Both the position numbers and the translations under genes were made by a program. A stretch of 32,000 nucleotides of DNA from Cylindrospermopsis raciborskii Cr2010 (GTDB lineage Bacteria > Cyanobacteriota > Cyanobacteriia > Cyanobacteriales > Nostocaceae). The stretch's first letter is position 1. Every line of letters starts with the position of its first letter. The DNA lies in NCBI RefSeq assembly GCF_003367075.2, contig NZ_CP065936.1, positions 300,001 through 332,000 of the forward strand, read 5' to 3'. Shown here in pieces: positions 8,788-17,780 of the stretch. The notes beneath the pieces were generated by a model. That model was not told the origin of the DNA. It ran no database searches and worked only from the letters and a program-made list of their open reading frames with translations.

Positions 8788-9000
8788 ATGTTTATTGTGA
8801 ATTCCGTGGCTAGAGCAAGTACCGCAATTGGCGTAAGTCCAGTGATCAAAGAGACTGTGCAAAAACAGGCACATTCTACCCGTCTGACGTTAAAAGAGGT
8901 TATCCTCATGGGTATGTTGGCAATTGATAAGCTAGATGACCAAGGTCGTCAAGAGTTAGCTGATCAAGTGCACAAAATGCAAGTGGACGGCGAAATTTAA
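8788..9000 (+). CDS. Small hypothetical protein, possibly ribbon-helix-helix-like; start uncertain (GTG 8761 or ATG 8788)
   Basis: This is the only sizeable ORF in an 840-nt gap. The segment AIGVSPVIKETVQKQAHSTRLTLKEVILMGMLAI has a strand-helix-turn-helix pattern reminiscent of RHH proteins. There is no recognisable SD and no family was recognised. Confidence 0.35.
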   Translation: MFIVNSVARASTAIGVSPVIKETVQKQAHSTRLTLKEVILMGMLAIDKLDDQGRQELADQVHKMQVDGEI

Positions 9001-9008
9001 CTCGGACT

Positions 9009-9045
9009 AGTCTTGATTCCTGGGTGAAGACCAAGAATTAAGACT
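9009..9045 (+). terminator. Stem-loop immediately after the small-ORF stop; candidate terminator without a U-tract
   Basis: agtcttgattc (9009-9019) pairs with gaattaagact (9035-9045): 11 bp including one G-T pair. An inner tgg/cca extension is possible. Confidence 0.3.
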
Positions 9046-9098
9046 GTCATCAGGCTAATATCAAGTTAAAGTCGTATCTCCAGCAACCTCAAAGCAAA

Positions 9099-9179
9099 TC
9101 CCAAGGAAATCTGGAATCAAAGTGATGAAATTTTGACTTTCCTGGGTTTAGTTTCATCAGTAGCTAGATTTCTTTGGGA
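9099..9179 (+). ncRNA. 81-nt extended stem-loop; candidate structured RNA or MITE-like hairpin
   Basis: The outer stem pairs 9099-9114 with 9164-9179: 16 bp, two of them G-T (9105/9173 and 9113/9165). The inner stem tgatgaaa (9123-9130) pairs with tttcatca (9152-9159) for 8 bp. The G-T pairs would be G-U only in a plus-strand transcript. Confidence 0.3.
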
Positions 9180-9458
9180 ACCATTTTAAGTAAGAAATAA
9201 CCTCAAAATTTTTAGGTGGAATAGCTACAGTCCTGACCAAAAACAGGTGCTAATTTGGGCGAATTCCTCCCAATAGTTTTAGCTTGTGCCGGGATCTAAA
9301 TGCGGCTATAAATATAAAGGCGCGTGGGACACACGCCCTCAAAGCTCAATCAATGTCTTCATAGAAGAGTCGTTGAGAAGCCCACACTCACCTGTAAGGG
9401 AGTGTGTGGAGTATGTCACTTATTGTTATTTTTCTGCTTTCCTTTTTCTCTATCAGGA

Positions 9459-10292
9459 TTATTTTTTGGGAAGGACGGGACCCTGTTTTGTCAAGACTCG
9501 ATTCAGCTTACCACTCTGATAACCCTCTAAATCTAAGGTGACGTAAATAAACCCTAGATTTTCCAGAGTGGTTACTAGGGTAGGTAAGTCTGTTTTGAGG
9601 ACGAAATCCTTGATTTTTTCCGGTGGGAGTTCAATTCTGGCGGTTTCCCCTTCCGATCTGACTCGCAGGTCTTCCCAACCCAAAGTTTTTAAATATATTT
9701 CTGCTCTCCCCACACGTTGTAATTTTTCTATGGTGATTTCTTCTCCGTAGGGGAATCGGGAACTTAGACAGGGTTGGGCGGGTTTGTTCCACCAGGGTAG
9801 TGCTAATTGTTGGGAAAGTTGACGCACTTCCATTTTAGTAATTCCTATTTCTGCTAGGGGTGATCTTGCTCCCCTTTCTTTTGCAGCTTGAATTCCCGGT
9901 CTGTAGTCTTTGAGATCGTCAGCGTTTACCCCATCAATCACATAACTGTATCCCCATTCTAATGCTAGGGGTTTGAGCGTGTCATGTAATTCACTTTTAC
10001 AAAAGTAGCACCGGTTAACTGGATTGGACGTGTAGTTGGGATTGGCCATCTCTTGAGTATGGACAATTTTATGGGTTATCCCAATGGTTGCTGCTTGTGC
10101 AGTAGCTTCTGTTAACTCTTCCGGTAGTAAAGATGGGGATACTGCAGTTACCGCTACCGCGCGATCGCCTAATACTTCATGAGCAACCTTGGCTACTAGT
10201 GTGCTATCAACTCCTCCGGAATAGGCTATTAAAGCATGTCCCATTTCGGCAAATAAGGTCTTTAATTTTTCTAATTTTTCTGTGAGTGTCAT
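9459..10292 (-). CDS. larE: LarE-type ATP-dependent sulfur transferase (PP-loop ATP pyrophosphatase, TIGR00268-like)
   Basis: 277 aa with PP-loop YSGGVDS, NRCYFCK and the cysteine-containing QPCLSSRFPYG segment. Confidence 0.75.
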   Translation of the reverse strand: MTLTEKLEKLKTLFAEMGHALIAYSGGVDSTLVAKVAHEVLGDRAVAVTAVSPSLLPEELTEATAQAATIGITHKIVHTQEMANPNYTSNPVNRCYFCKSELHDTLKPLALEWGYSYVIDGVNADDLKDYRPGIQAAKERGARSPLAEIGITKMEVRQLSQQLALPWWNKPAQPCLSSRFPYGEEITIEKLQRVGRAEIYLKTLGWEDLRVRSEGETARIELPPEKIKDFVLKTDLPTLVTTLENLGFIYVTLDLEGYQSGKLNRVLTKQGPVLPKK

Positions 10293-10358
10293 ATTTTTAA
10301 TATTTTATACATATATGGCTTGATCCAGAAAGCTATGGACAAGTAGGATGGTTGATTG

Positions 10359-12212
10359 CTAGGAGTTCTGGCACTTTTCCAGTATAGCACCGAGATTTGT
10401 CAAATTTATGGGTTTAGGAATATAGTGGGTGAAACCGGAAGCTAGACATATTTCTCTGTCTCCCTTCATGGCCATTGCTGTTTGAGCAATGATAGGAATG
10501 TTCTGATATCTGGGGTCTTTTCTGATTTCTGATACTAAGTTCAGTCCGTTACCATCTGGCAGTTTCAAATCCATTAAGATGATTGTCGGTTGCACTTGTG
10601 GTAAATTTACCCACATTTCTGTGGCAGTTTTTACGTGTATAACTTGATAGCCTAATCTATTTAGATAAGTCTTTATGAGTTCACTATTATTTAGATCATT
10701 TTCTACTAGTAATATTGTGCAGTGATTGATTTTTTGAATATTGGTTGGAGTATTAATTAGGTGGTCAAGAGTTTTGTCAATTAGTTCTGGGTCTTGTTCT
10801 GGTTGAATTTCTAGTATTTGGGTAGTTCTCTCAGATTTGAGAGGTAGAATAATAGTAAATTCAGAACCTTGATTTAATTGCGATCGCACCTCAATACTAC
10901 CTCCATGAATTTCCGCAAGTTGTTTGGTCACAATCAATCCTAAACCGGTGCCATGATTTTGTTGGGTATTTATGGTATTTACTAGTTGGGTATAGGGACG
11001 AAACAGTAGAGACAGGTCTTCCCCAGAAATGCCAACTCCCGTATCCCATACTGTAAATCTCAACCATGAATCTTTAAGAACAACTCGTAAACCTACACTC
11101 CCTACATTAGTAAACTTTATGGCATTAAACAATAGATTTAATAGCATTTGCTTCAGTCGTAGAGGATCCACCAACAGAGTGTTCACATCCTCATTGATTT
11201 CCAATTGTAATTTTAAACCCTTATCTCCTGCTTTTTCCTTCACTAGGGCCAAAACACTTTTACACAATGATGGTATATCGGCTACTTCCCATTGCACTTC
11301 TAGCTGATTGGCTTCTATTTTGGAAAGATCTAAAATGTCATTGATTAAACTCAATAAATGCTTACCGCTGGATTGAATAATCTGTAAATATTCTTGATGG
11401 CGTTCTCTTTCCGCTTGGTAACCTTGAGCTAATAATAACTCAGTAAATCCAATAATCGAAGTCAAGGGGGTTCTGATTTCGTGACTAGTGTTGGCCAAAA
11501 ATTGATTTTTAAGTTTATTCTTACGTTCTAGGTTGTAATTAAACTGTAATAGGGACTGATAAGAATATTTTAAAGTCTGAATTTTTTGAGTTTGTATTAA
11601 ATAAGTCCAGGAATATTTAATGGCTTTTTGAATAAACTGCGATCGCCAGTGCAAGGGAGAAAATTGAGGTTTAGCAAGACCAGATAAATCAGATAGGGGA
11701 TGAAGAGCAATTAGCCATTTAGTCACATTAGTAGAATCATCAGGAAAACGCCAAGCTAGGGGAGGGTTGTGCTTTTCCATTTCCAGGAGATCGGGGAGAC
11801 CAATATGGGATTCCAAATTCCATCTGGAGGTTGTTTGTGACAGGGATGGAGGTGAAGTTGGTGAATTACACATCAAGACAATTCTAGCCATATTTTCTTG
11901 AGGTTCACACTCAGCTATATATAATGTAATACCTTCAAGACCCAACCCATTAAAATTCAAAGCAGCATAAACCTCATTAAGCAGAGTTTGCAAAATCTGG
12001 GACTCAGCGATTTTTGCCTCCTGGGTATTAGGTTCACCCGTGCTTAAAGGTGTATTAACTGCTGTGAATAAGCAAAAATTTAGACTAAGTTGTAACCGAT
12101 TCAAATGTTTTTCCAACCACAAATCATATCCTTGTTGTTGGATGGTGCGTAAGAGTTTGGGGGTTTTATCTATCCGAGGATTTCCTTTTGGTAAGTTTGA
12201 GTATTTGTACAT
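10359..12212 (-). CDS. Hybrid sensor histidine kinase / response regulator with an uncharacterised N-terminal region of about 230 aa
   Basis: H-box SHEIRTPLTSIIGF, N-box LLFNAIKFT, G-boxes WDTGVGI and GTGLGL. The C-terminal receiver carries ILMDLKLPDGNG and IPKP. Confidence 0.9.
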   Translation of the reverse strand: MYKYSNLPKGNPRIDKTPKLLRTIQQQGYDLWLEKHLNRLQLSLNFCLFTAVNTPLSTGEPNTQEAKIAESQILQTLLNEVYAALNFNGLGLEGITLYIAECEPQENMARIVLMCNSPTSPPSLSQTTSRWNLESHIGLPDLLEMEKHNPPLAWRFPDDSTNVTKWLIALHPLSDLSGLAKPQFSPLHWRSQFIQKAIKYSWTYLIQTQKIQTLKYSYQSLLQFNYNLERKNKLKNQFLANTSHEIRTPLTSIIGFTELLLAQGYQAERERHQEYLQIIQSSGKHLLSLINDILDLSKIEANQLEVQWEVADIPSLCKSVLALVKEKAGDKGLKLQLEINEDVNTLLVDPLRLKQMLLNLLFNAIKFTNVGSVGLRVVLKDSWLRFTVWDTGVGISGEDLSLLFRPYTQLVNTINTQQNHGTGLGLIVTKQLAEIHGGSIEVRSQLNQGSEFTIILPLKSERTTQILEIQPEQDPELIDKTLDHLINTPTNIQKINHCTILLVENDLNNSELIKTYLNRLGYQVIHVKTATEMWVNLPQVQPTIILMDLKLPDGNGLNLVSEIRKDPRYQNIPIIAQTAMAMKGDREICLASGFTHYIPKPINLTNLGAILEKCQNS

Positions 12213-12418
12213 AAAAAGTGACCAAAGATACTAACCTTAGCGGAAAACAGCGGGAGATAAATAAGGGTTATATTTTCATATAGTGATCTCCACACTGTGT
12301 ATGTTAACACAGAAGTTAATCTTCCTCACTAGCTTCGTATGAGATATAACTTATGATATTCATAGGGTGATATTGATGTTAGAATCTAAGTAAAGTGACT
12401 TTATAGTAGTATTTATTA

Positions 12419-13285
12419 ATGGATGCACAACTAGCTCAATTAATTATTAATGGGATTGCGGTAGGTAGTATTATTGCCTTGGCAGCAGTAGGACTAACAC
12501 TCACTTATGGAATTTTAAGACTATCGAATTTTGCCCATGGAGACTTTTTAACCTTAGGGGCATATTTTACCTGGGTGATAAACGGGTGGGGAATGAACAT
12601 TTGGTTATCAATGGTTGTTGCAGCCATATTAACCGTGATAGCGATGTTAATAACAGAGAAGATACTGTGGTCAAGAATGAGAGCATTACGTGCCACATCT
12701 ACGACCCTGATTATCATCTCCATTGGACTGGCCCTATTTGTCCGTAACGGGATTATTTTTCTTTGGGGGGGTAAAAACCAAAATTACAATCTTCCGGTAA
12801 TTCAGGCCTTGGATATAAGCGGTTTGAAAGTGCCACAAAATCAATTACTAGTTTTAGTCCTAGCCATATTGGCGATTTTGTTCCTGCACTATATATTACA
12901 GAACACCAAAATTGGTAAAGCCATGCGAGCAGTAGCAGATGATCTAGATTTAGCCAGGGTTTCCGGGATTAATGTAGAACGAGTAATTCTTTGGACCTGG
13001 ATTATTGCGGGTAGCTTTACCTCCCTAGGCGGTAGTATGTATGGTTTAATTACTGCTGTTCGTCCTAACATGGGCTGGTTTTTAATTTTACCCCTATTCG
13101 CCTCAGTAATTTTAGGGGGAATTGGCAACCCTTATGGTGCCATATTTGCTGCCTTTATTATTGGCATTGCCCAGGAAGTCAGCACTCCTTGGTTAGGATC
13201 TCAGTATAAGCAAGGAGTTGCCTTGTTAATTATGATTTTAGTTTTACTCATTCGTCCCAAAGGACTGTTTAAAGGAACAGTGTAG
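12419..13285 (+). CDS. Branched-chain/neutral amino-acid ABC transporter permease (LivH family, NatD-like), with no partner ABC genes nearby
   Basis: 288 aa and highly hydrophobic with many predicted TM segments. The LivH-like N-terminus LAQLIINGIAVGSIIALAAVGLTLTYG and the GAYF and GIGNPYGA segments are present. Confidence 0.8.
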   Translation: MDAQLAQLIINGIAVGSIIALAAVGLTLTYGILRLSNFAHGDFLTLGAYFTWVINGWGMNIWLSMVVAAILTVIAMLITEKILWSRMRALRATSTTLIIISIGLALFVRNGIIFLWGGKNQNYNLPVIQALDISGLKVPQNQLLVLVLAILAILFLHYILQNTKIGKAMRAVADDLDLARVSGINVERVILWTWIIAGSFTSLGGSMYGLITAVRPNMGWFLILPLFASVILGGIGNPYGAIFAAFIIGIAQEVSTPWLGSQYKQGVALLIMILVLLIRPKGLFKGTV

Positions 13286-13328
13286 GGGAGGGGCTAGAAA
13301 CTGGGAGATTCGGTCCCTCTCCACCTAC
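13282..13328. terminator. GC-rich imperfect hairpin between convergent genes; candidate bidirectional terminator
   Basis: 13282-13293 (gtaggggagggg) pairs with 13315-13328 (ccctctccacctac): 12 bp with two single-nt bulges and a 21-nt loop. No U-tract on either strand. Confidence 0.3.
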
Positions 13329-13445
13329 CTACTCAATAATATGGAAATAATAAGCTGCTACTAAAAAGTTGATAGCCAGTAGCAGTATGGCCCAACTGGC
13401 GCGGAAAACATAACTGGGTTTGGTTTCTTTTGTTTTAGAAGTCAT
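13329..13445 (-). CDS. 38-aa single-pass membrane protein (MTSKTKETKPSYVFRASWAILLLAINFLVAAYYFHIIE)
   Basis: The internal ATG at 13445 is preceded by GGAGGG about 7 nt upstream (caggagggtcaaatATG). The protein has a polar N-terminus plus one hydrophobic helix and lies about 100 nt downstream of hemL on the same strand. The longer 65-aa version in the ORF track lacks an SD. Confidence 0.45.
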   Translation of the reverse strand: MTSKTKETKPSYVFRASWAILLLAINFLVAAYYFHIIE

Positions 13446-13544
13446 ATTTGACCCTCCTGATTTAATCACATTTCCACAAATACCAAACAGCAGTACCAAA
13501 TTTCCACTATCTTTAAAAATGTTCAAAGTTTAGCTACTCTCCAC

Positions 13545-14855
13545 CTAGGTTGGGGAATTAACTCCCCTGAGTACCTCCTTCACCACTGCTAGGGTTTGGT
13601 CTATATCTTCTTCTGTATGAGCTAAAGAAGTAAAACCAGCTTCAAATTGGGAAGGAGCTAGATAAATACCACGTTCCAACATGGCCCGATAAAACCTACC
13701 AAATTTGACTGTGTCTGATTTTTTGGCATCCTCATAATTATGCACGGGACCTGATGTAAAAAATAGACCAAACATGGCGCTGATACTGCCACCACACACA
13801 CTGTGTCCCGCTTCCTTGGCAATTGTTAGCATTCCATTGACTAATTTCTGGGTGATTCTCTCTAAATAATCGTAAGTTCCCGGTTTCTGTAATAGTTCTA
13901 ATGTTTTAATTCCAGCAGTCATAGCTAAGGGATTTCCAGATAGGGTTCCCGCTTGATAGACTGGACCTGCTGGAGCAATCATGGACATGATTTCTCGACG
14001 ACCTCCGTAAGCTCCTACGGGTAATCCCCCACCTATCACTTTCCCTAGGGTGGTTAAATCAGGGGTAATGCCAAATTTTGCCTGGGCACCACCATAAGCA
14101 ATTCGGAACCCGGTCATTACTTCGTCAAATACTAGTAATGCTCCGTTTTCTTGGGTAATTTCTCTTAACCCTTCTAAAAACCCTGCGTCGGGAGCAATAA
14201 ACCCAGCATTCCCTACTACTGGTTCTAAAATTACCCCAGCTATTTCTCCTGGGTTTTGTTCAAATAGTGCTTTGACCGCTTCTAAATCATTAAAAGGGGC
14301 TGTTAATGTACCTTTTGTGGCAGATTTTGGCACTCCCGGTGAATCTGGTAACCCCAGGGTGGCTACTCCTGAACCTGCTTTGACTAAAAACATGTCCGCA
14401 TGTCCATGGTAACATCCTTCAAATTTGATGATTTTTTCCCTATTGGTGTAAGCTCGCATTAGTCTCAGCGCTGCCATGCAAGCTTCTGTGCCAGAATTAA
14501 CGAATCTTACCATTTCAATACTGGGCACAGCATCAATTACCATTTCTGCTAGGATATTTTCTAGCACACAGGGCGCGCCAAAACTTGTACCTTTTTCTAG
14601 AGCTTGATGTAGGGCACTAATTACTTCTGGATTGGCGTGTCCACAAATGGCTGGACCCCAGGTGCCTACATAGTCAATGTATTTGTTACCATCCACATCC
14701 CAAATATGAGCACCTTTAACCCTATCAAATACTATTGGTTGCCCACCAACTGATTTAAAGGCGCGTACGGGTGAGCTAACTCCTCCTGGCATTAAATTTT
14801 GAGCTGCTGCAAAGATTTCTTGGGATTTTGTGGTTCTAATAGTAGTGTCTACCAA
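13545..14855 (-). CDS. hemL: Glutamate-1-semialdehyde 2,1-aminomutase
   Basis: N-terminus MV...[29 protein letters not shown] and the PLP-lysine region [15 protein letters not shown] start at 14855 with AGGAG 6-10 nt upstream. Confidence 0.95.
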   Translation of the reverse strand: MVDTTIRTTKSQEIFAAAQNLMPGGVSSPVRAFKSVGGQPIVFDRVKGAHIWDVDGNKYIDYVGTWGPAICGHANPEVISALHQALEKGTSFGAPCVLENILAEMVIDAVPSIEMVRFVNSGTEACMAALRLMRAYTNREKIIKFEGCYHGHADMFLVKAGSGVATLGLPDSPGVPKSATKGTLTAPFNDLEAVKALFEQNPGEIAGVILEPVVGNAGFIAPDAGFLEGLREITQENGALLVFDEVMTGFRIAYGGAQAKFGITPDLTTLGKVIGGGLPVGAYGGRREIMSMIAPAGPVYQAGTLSGNPLAMTAGIKTLELLQKPGTYDYLERITQKLVNGMLTIAKEAGHSVCGGSISAMFGLFFTSGPVHNYEDAKKSDTVKFGRFYRAMLERGIYLAPSQFEAGFTSLAHTEEDIDQTLAVVKEVLRGVNSPT

Positions 14856-14899
14856 GGTGATCTCCTATAAGTGGTGATTAATTTCAGTTTCTATGAAAG

Positions 14900-14921
14900 A
14901 ATAGGATAAACTTATCCTATT
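14900..14921. promoter_or_regulatory. Perfect palindrome AATAGGATAA-ac-TTATCCTATT in the divergent hemL/hisIE control region; candidate operator
   Basis: 10-bp arms with no mismatch, read directly. It lies 45 nt upstream of the hemL start and 68 nt upstream of the hisIE start. Confidence 0.35.
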
Positions 14922-14988
14922 GTTTTATCCCATATTTTGATATGGTTTGATTATTGAGATGATTCTTAAATAAAGTCCGTCGCACACT

Positions 14989-15642
14989 ATGCTATCCTCC
15001 CAATCTCTATCTTTAGAATACTCTATCCCAGTGGAAAAAATCCGCTACGACCAATATGGTCTTGTACCAGCAATCATCCAAGACTATCTTGATGGTACTG
15101 TGTTAATGATGGCTTGGATGAATCAGGAATCATTACAACGAACTTTAACTACAGGAGAAACCTGGTTTTGGAGTCGTTCCCGTCAGGAATTTTGGCACAA
15201 GGGAGCTACTTCCGGTCATATTCAAAAGGTGAAAACTGCTCGCTATGATTGTGATAGTGATGCTCTACTATTTAGTGTGGAACAGATTGGTGATATCGCT
15301 TGTCACACCGGGGAACGTAGTTGTTTTCATCAGTTGGATGACACCAAAATTATTCCCCCTCCCCCAGATTCCCTATCTCACCTTTTTCATGTGATATGCG
15401 ATCGCCGGGATTATCCTGCGGAAGGTTCTTACACCTGTAAGTTATTAGCAGGGGGGGATAATAAAATTTTAAAGAAGATAGGTGAAGAAAGTGCGGAGGT
15501 AGTCATGGCTTTTAAAGATGATGACCCAGATGCGATCGCGGGTGAAGTGGCGGACTTGTTTTATCATACTCTTGTGGCTTTGGCCCATCACCAAGTAGAT
15601 TTAAGATCGGTCTATCGCAAGCTAGAAGAGCGGAGGAAGTAG
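14989..15642 (+). CDS. hisIE: Bifunctional phosphoribosyl-AMP cyclohydrolase / phosphoribosyl-ATP pyrophosphatase
   Basis: 217 aa. The HisI part carries MMAWMN..., [10 protein letters not shown] and CHTGERSCF; the HisE part carries KIGEESAEV and [11 protein letters not shown]. Confidence 0.9.
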   Translation: MLSSQSLSLEYSIPVEKIRYDQYGLVPAIIQDYLDGTVLMMAWMNQESLQRTLTTGETWFWSRSRQEFWHKGATSGHIQKVKTARYDCDSDALLFSVEQIGDIACHTGERSCFHQLDDTKIIPPPPDSLSHLFHVICDRRDYPAEGSYTCKLLAGGDNKILKKIGEESAEVVMAFKDDDPDAIAGEVADLFYHTLVALAHHQVDLRSVYRKLEERRK

Positions 15643-15657
15643 GGGAGAAAATTTTCA

Positions 15658-16611
15658 ATGAATCAAAAACGAATTTTAATCACGGGTGCCAGCGGTTGTA
15701 TTGGTCACTACATTAGTGAAACACTAATAGAAAACACCAATCATCAACTTTATTTACTGGTGAGAAATCCTAACAAACTGCAAGTTAATACTGATATGCG
15801 TCCTGGTGTGACCATATTACAGGGCGACATGGGGGAAATTAGTAATTTGGGGAATTTACTCAAAACTATTGACACAGCGGTTTTAACAGCTACTTCCTGG
15901 GGAGGAAATAATATCTTTGATATTAATGTCAATAAAACCATACAACTAATGAATCTATTAAATCCTGACAGGTGTGAACAGGTAATTTATTTTTCTACTG
16001 CTAGTGTTTTAAATCGTGAAAATCAACCCTTAAAAGAAGCTGGAGAAATTGGCACCGACTATATTAGCTCCAAATACAAGTGTTTACGTAAAATTGAGGA
16101 TTTAGAGATTTTCCCCAAAATTACCACAGTATTCCCCACCCTAGTATTGGGAGGAGATAAAAACAAACCCTACTCTCACCTGACCTCGGGTATTCATGAA
16201 GTGACAAAATATCTGAATATAATTCGGTTTTTAAAAACCGATGGTAGTTTTCACTTTATCCATGGTAAAGACATTGCCAAGGTGGTAGAGCATTTGATTG
16301 ATCACCCACTACAAAAAGGAGACCCCAGAAGACTGGTTTTAGGTCAAGCACCACTAACAGTAAATCAAGCTATAGAAGAGGTGTGTGAATACCTAAACAA
16401 AAAGATTTACTTTCGCATTCCCCTTTCTCTAGCTTTAGCAGATTTAATCATTAAAGTCTTTAAAATTCAAATGGCCTCCTGGGACAGATTCTGCATGAGG
16501 TATAGACATTTTACCTATAACAATCCCATTAACCCAGGAATTTTCGACCTACCCAACTATTGTCCCACCATGACAGATGTTCTCAAAACCAGCGGAGTCA
16601 GCAAAGGTTGA
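15658..16611 (+). CDS. NAD(P)-dependent epimerase/dehydratase-family (extended SDR) protein
   Basis: Rossmann motif ILITGASGCIGHY and catalytic YxxxK (YISSK). The substrate is not inferable. Confidence 0.8.
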   Translation: MNQKRILITGASGCIGHYISETLIENTNHQLYLLVRNPNKLQVNTDMRPGVTILQGDMGEISNLGNLLKTIDTAVLTATSWGGNNIFDINVNKTIQLMNLLNPDRCEQVIYFSTASVLNRENQPLKEAGEIGTDYISSKYKCLRKIEDLEIFPKITTVFPTLVLGGDKNKPYSHLTSGIHEVTKYLNIIRFLKTDGSFHFIHGKDIAKVVEHLIDHPLQKGDPRRLVLGQAPLTVNQAIEEVCEYLNKKIYFRIPLSLALADLIIKVFKIQMASWDRFCMRYRHFTYNNPINPGIFDLPNYCPTMTDVLKTSGVSKG

Positions 16612-16707
16612 AGAATGTTGAGTTTTATAAAGATATAAGAGGGAACCGTAAGCTGGGGATGATAAGCTAAACATGAAATATAAAAGTGACTTAGGATGAA
16701 GTGTTAA

Positions 16708-17760
16708 ATGGGTGTTTCCTCAACGGTTCCTCTCCTGCTCCGAGCTGCACGCGGTGAAAAGGTAGATCGTCCCCCCGTGTGGATGATGCGTCAAGCGGGA
16801 CGTTACATGAAAGCTTATAGAGATCTGCGGGAGAAATATCCTTCTTTTCGGGAACGCTCAGAAATTCCTGAGGTGGCCATTGAAGTCTCCCTCCAACCCT
16901 GGAGAGCTTTCCAACCCGATGGAGTAATTTTATTTTCCGATATTGTCACTCCCCTACCTGGAATGGGTATTGACATGGATATTGCGGAAGGAAAAGGGCC
17001 AATTATTTTTTCGCCCATTCGCACTCAACAACAAGTTGATGAGTTACACCCACTAGATCCAGAAACCGCTTTACCTTTTATTCGTCAGATTTTGGGAGCG
17101 TTGCGTCAGGAAGTAGGTAGTGCATCAACCGTACTGGGCTTTGTTGGCGCACCCTGGACTTTAGCAGCTTACGCAGTGGAAGGAAAAGGCTCTAAAACCT
17201 ATTCTATAATTAAGAATATGGCTTTCTCAGATTCTAATATTCTCCATCAGTTATTAGACAAGTTGGCAGAATCTATAGCCGTATATATCCGCTACCAAAT
17301 AGATTGTGGTGCCCAAGTAGTACAAATGTTCGATTCTTGGGCAGGGCAATTAAGTCCCCAAGATTATGATATCTTTGCCTTACCTTACCAAAAAAAGGTG
17401 TTTGAGTTAGTGAAAAGAACCCATCCACAAACACCCCTGATTTTGTTAGTTACGGGTAGTGCGGGACTGTTGGAAAGAATGGCTACCTCTGGTGCGGATA
17501 TTCTCACCATTGACTGGACTGTGGATATGGCAGATGCACGTAGAAGATTGGGTAATAACGTTAAGGTGCAGGGAAATTTAGATCCAGGGGTATTATTTGG
17601 GTCAAAGCAGTTTATCCGGGAGAGAATTTTAGACACAGTTCGCAAAGCTGGCAATTGGGGACACATACTTAATTTGGGACACGGAGTGTTACCAGAAACA
17701 CCAGAAGAGAATGTGGCTTTTTTCTTTGAGACTGCCAAAAACCTTCATGTTCCGGTGTAG
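16708..17760 (+). CDS. hemE: Uroporphyrinogen decarboxylase
   Basis: Signature [17 protein letters not shown] and [10 protein letters not shown]; 350 aa. Confidence 0.95.
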   Translation: MGVSSTVPLLLRAARGEKVDRPPVWMMRQAGRYMKAYRDLREKYPSFRERSEIPEVAIEVSLQPWRAFQPDGVILFSDIVTPLPGMGIDMDIAEGKGPIIFSPIRTQQQVDELHPLDPETALPFIRQILGALRQEVGSASTVLGFVGAPWTLAAYAVEGKGSKTYSIIKNMAFSDSNILHQLLDKLAESIAVYIRYQIDCGAQVVQMFDSWAGQLSPQDYDIFALPYQKKVFELVKRTHPQTPLILLVTGSAGLLERMATSGADILTIDWTVDMADARRRLGNNVKVQGNLDPGVLFGSKQFIRERILDTVRKAGNWGHILNLGHGVLPETPEENVAFFFETAKNLHVPV

Positions 17761-17780
17761 TTTCCATTTTGGTTGGCAAT

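Noticed and set aside
9285-9312. GTGCCGGGAT...GCGGC, reminiscent of part of 4.5S/SRP RNA
   Set aside because: The diagnostic domain IV elements (GGAA tetraloop with flanking AGCA/GGUCC-type symmetric loop) are absent, and the similarity is limited to a few bases.
9383-9406. CACACTCAC-containing hairpin region, compared with the Yfr1 sRNA motif ACUCCUCACAC
   Set aside because: The motif does not match exactly on either strand, and here the bases are inside a stem rather than in a single-stranded linker between two hairpins.
17385-17738. 117-aa minus-strand ORF
   Set aside because: It is fully antisense to hemE, which has unambiguous signatures. It is a shadow ORF.
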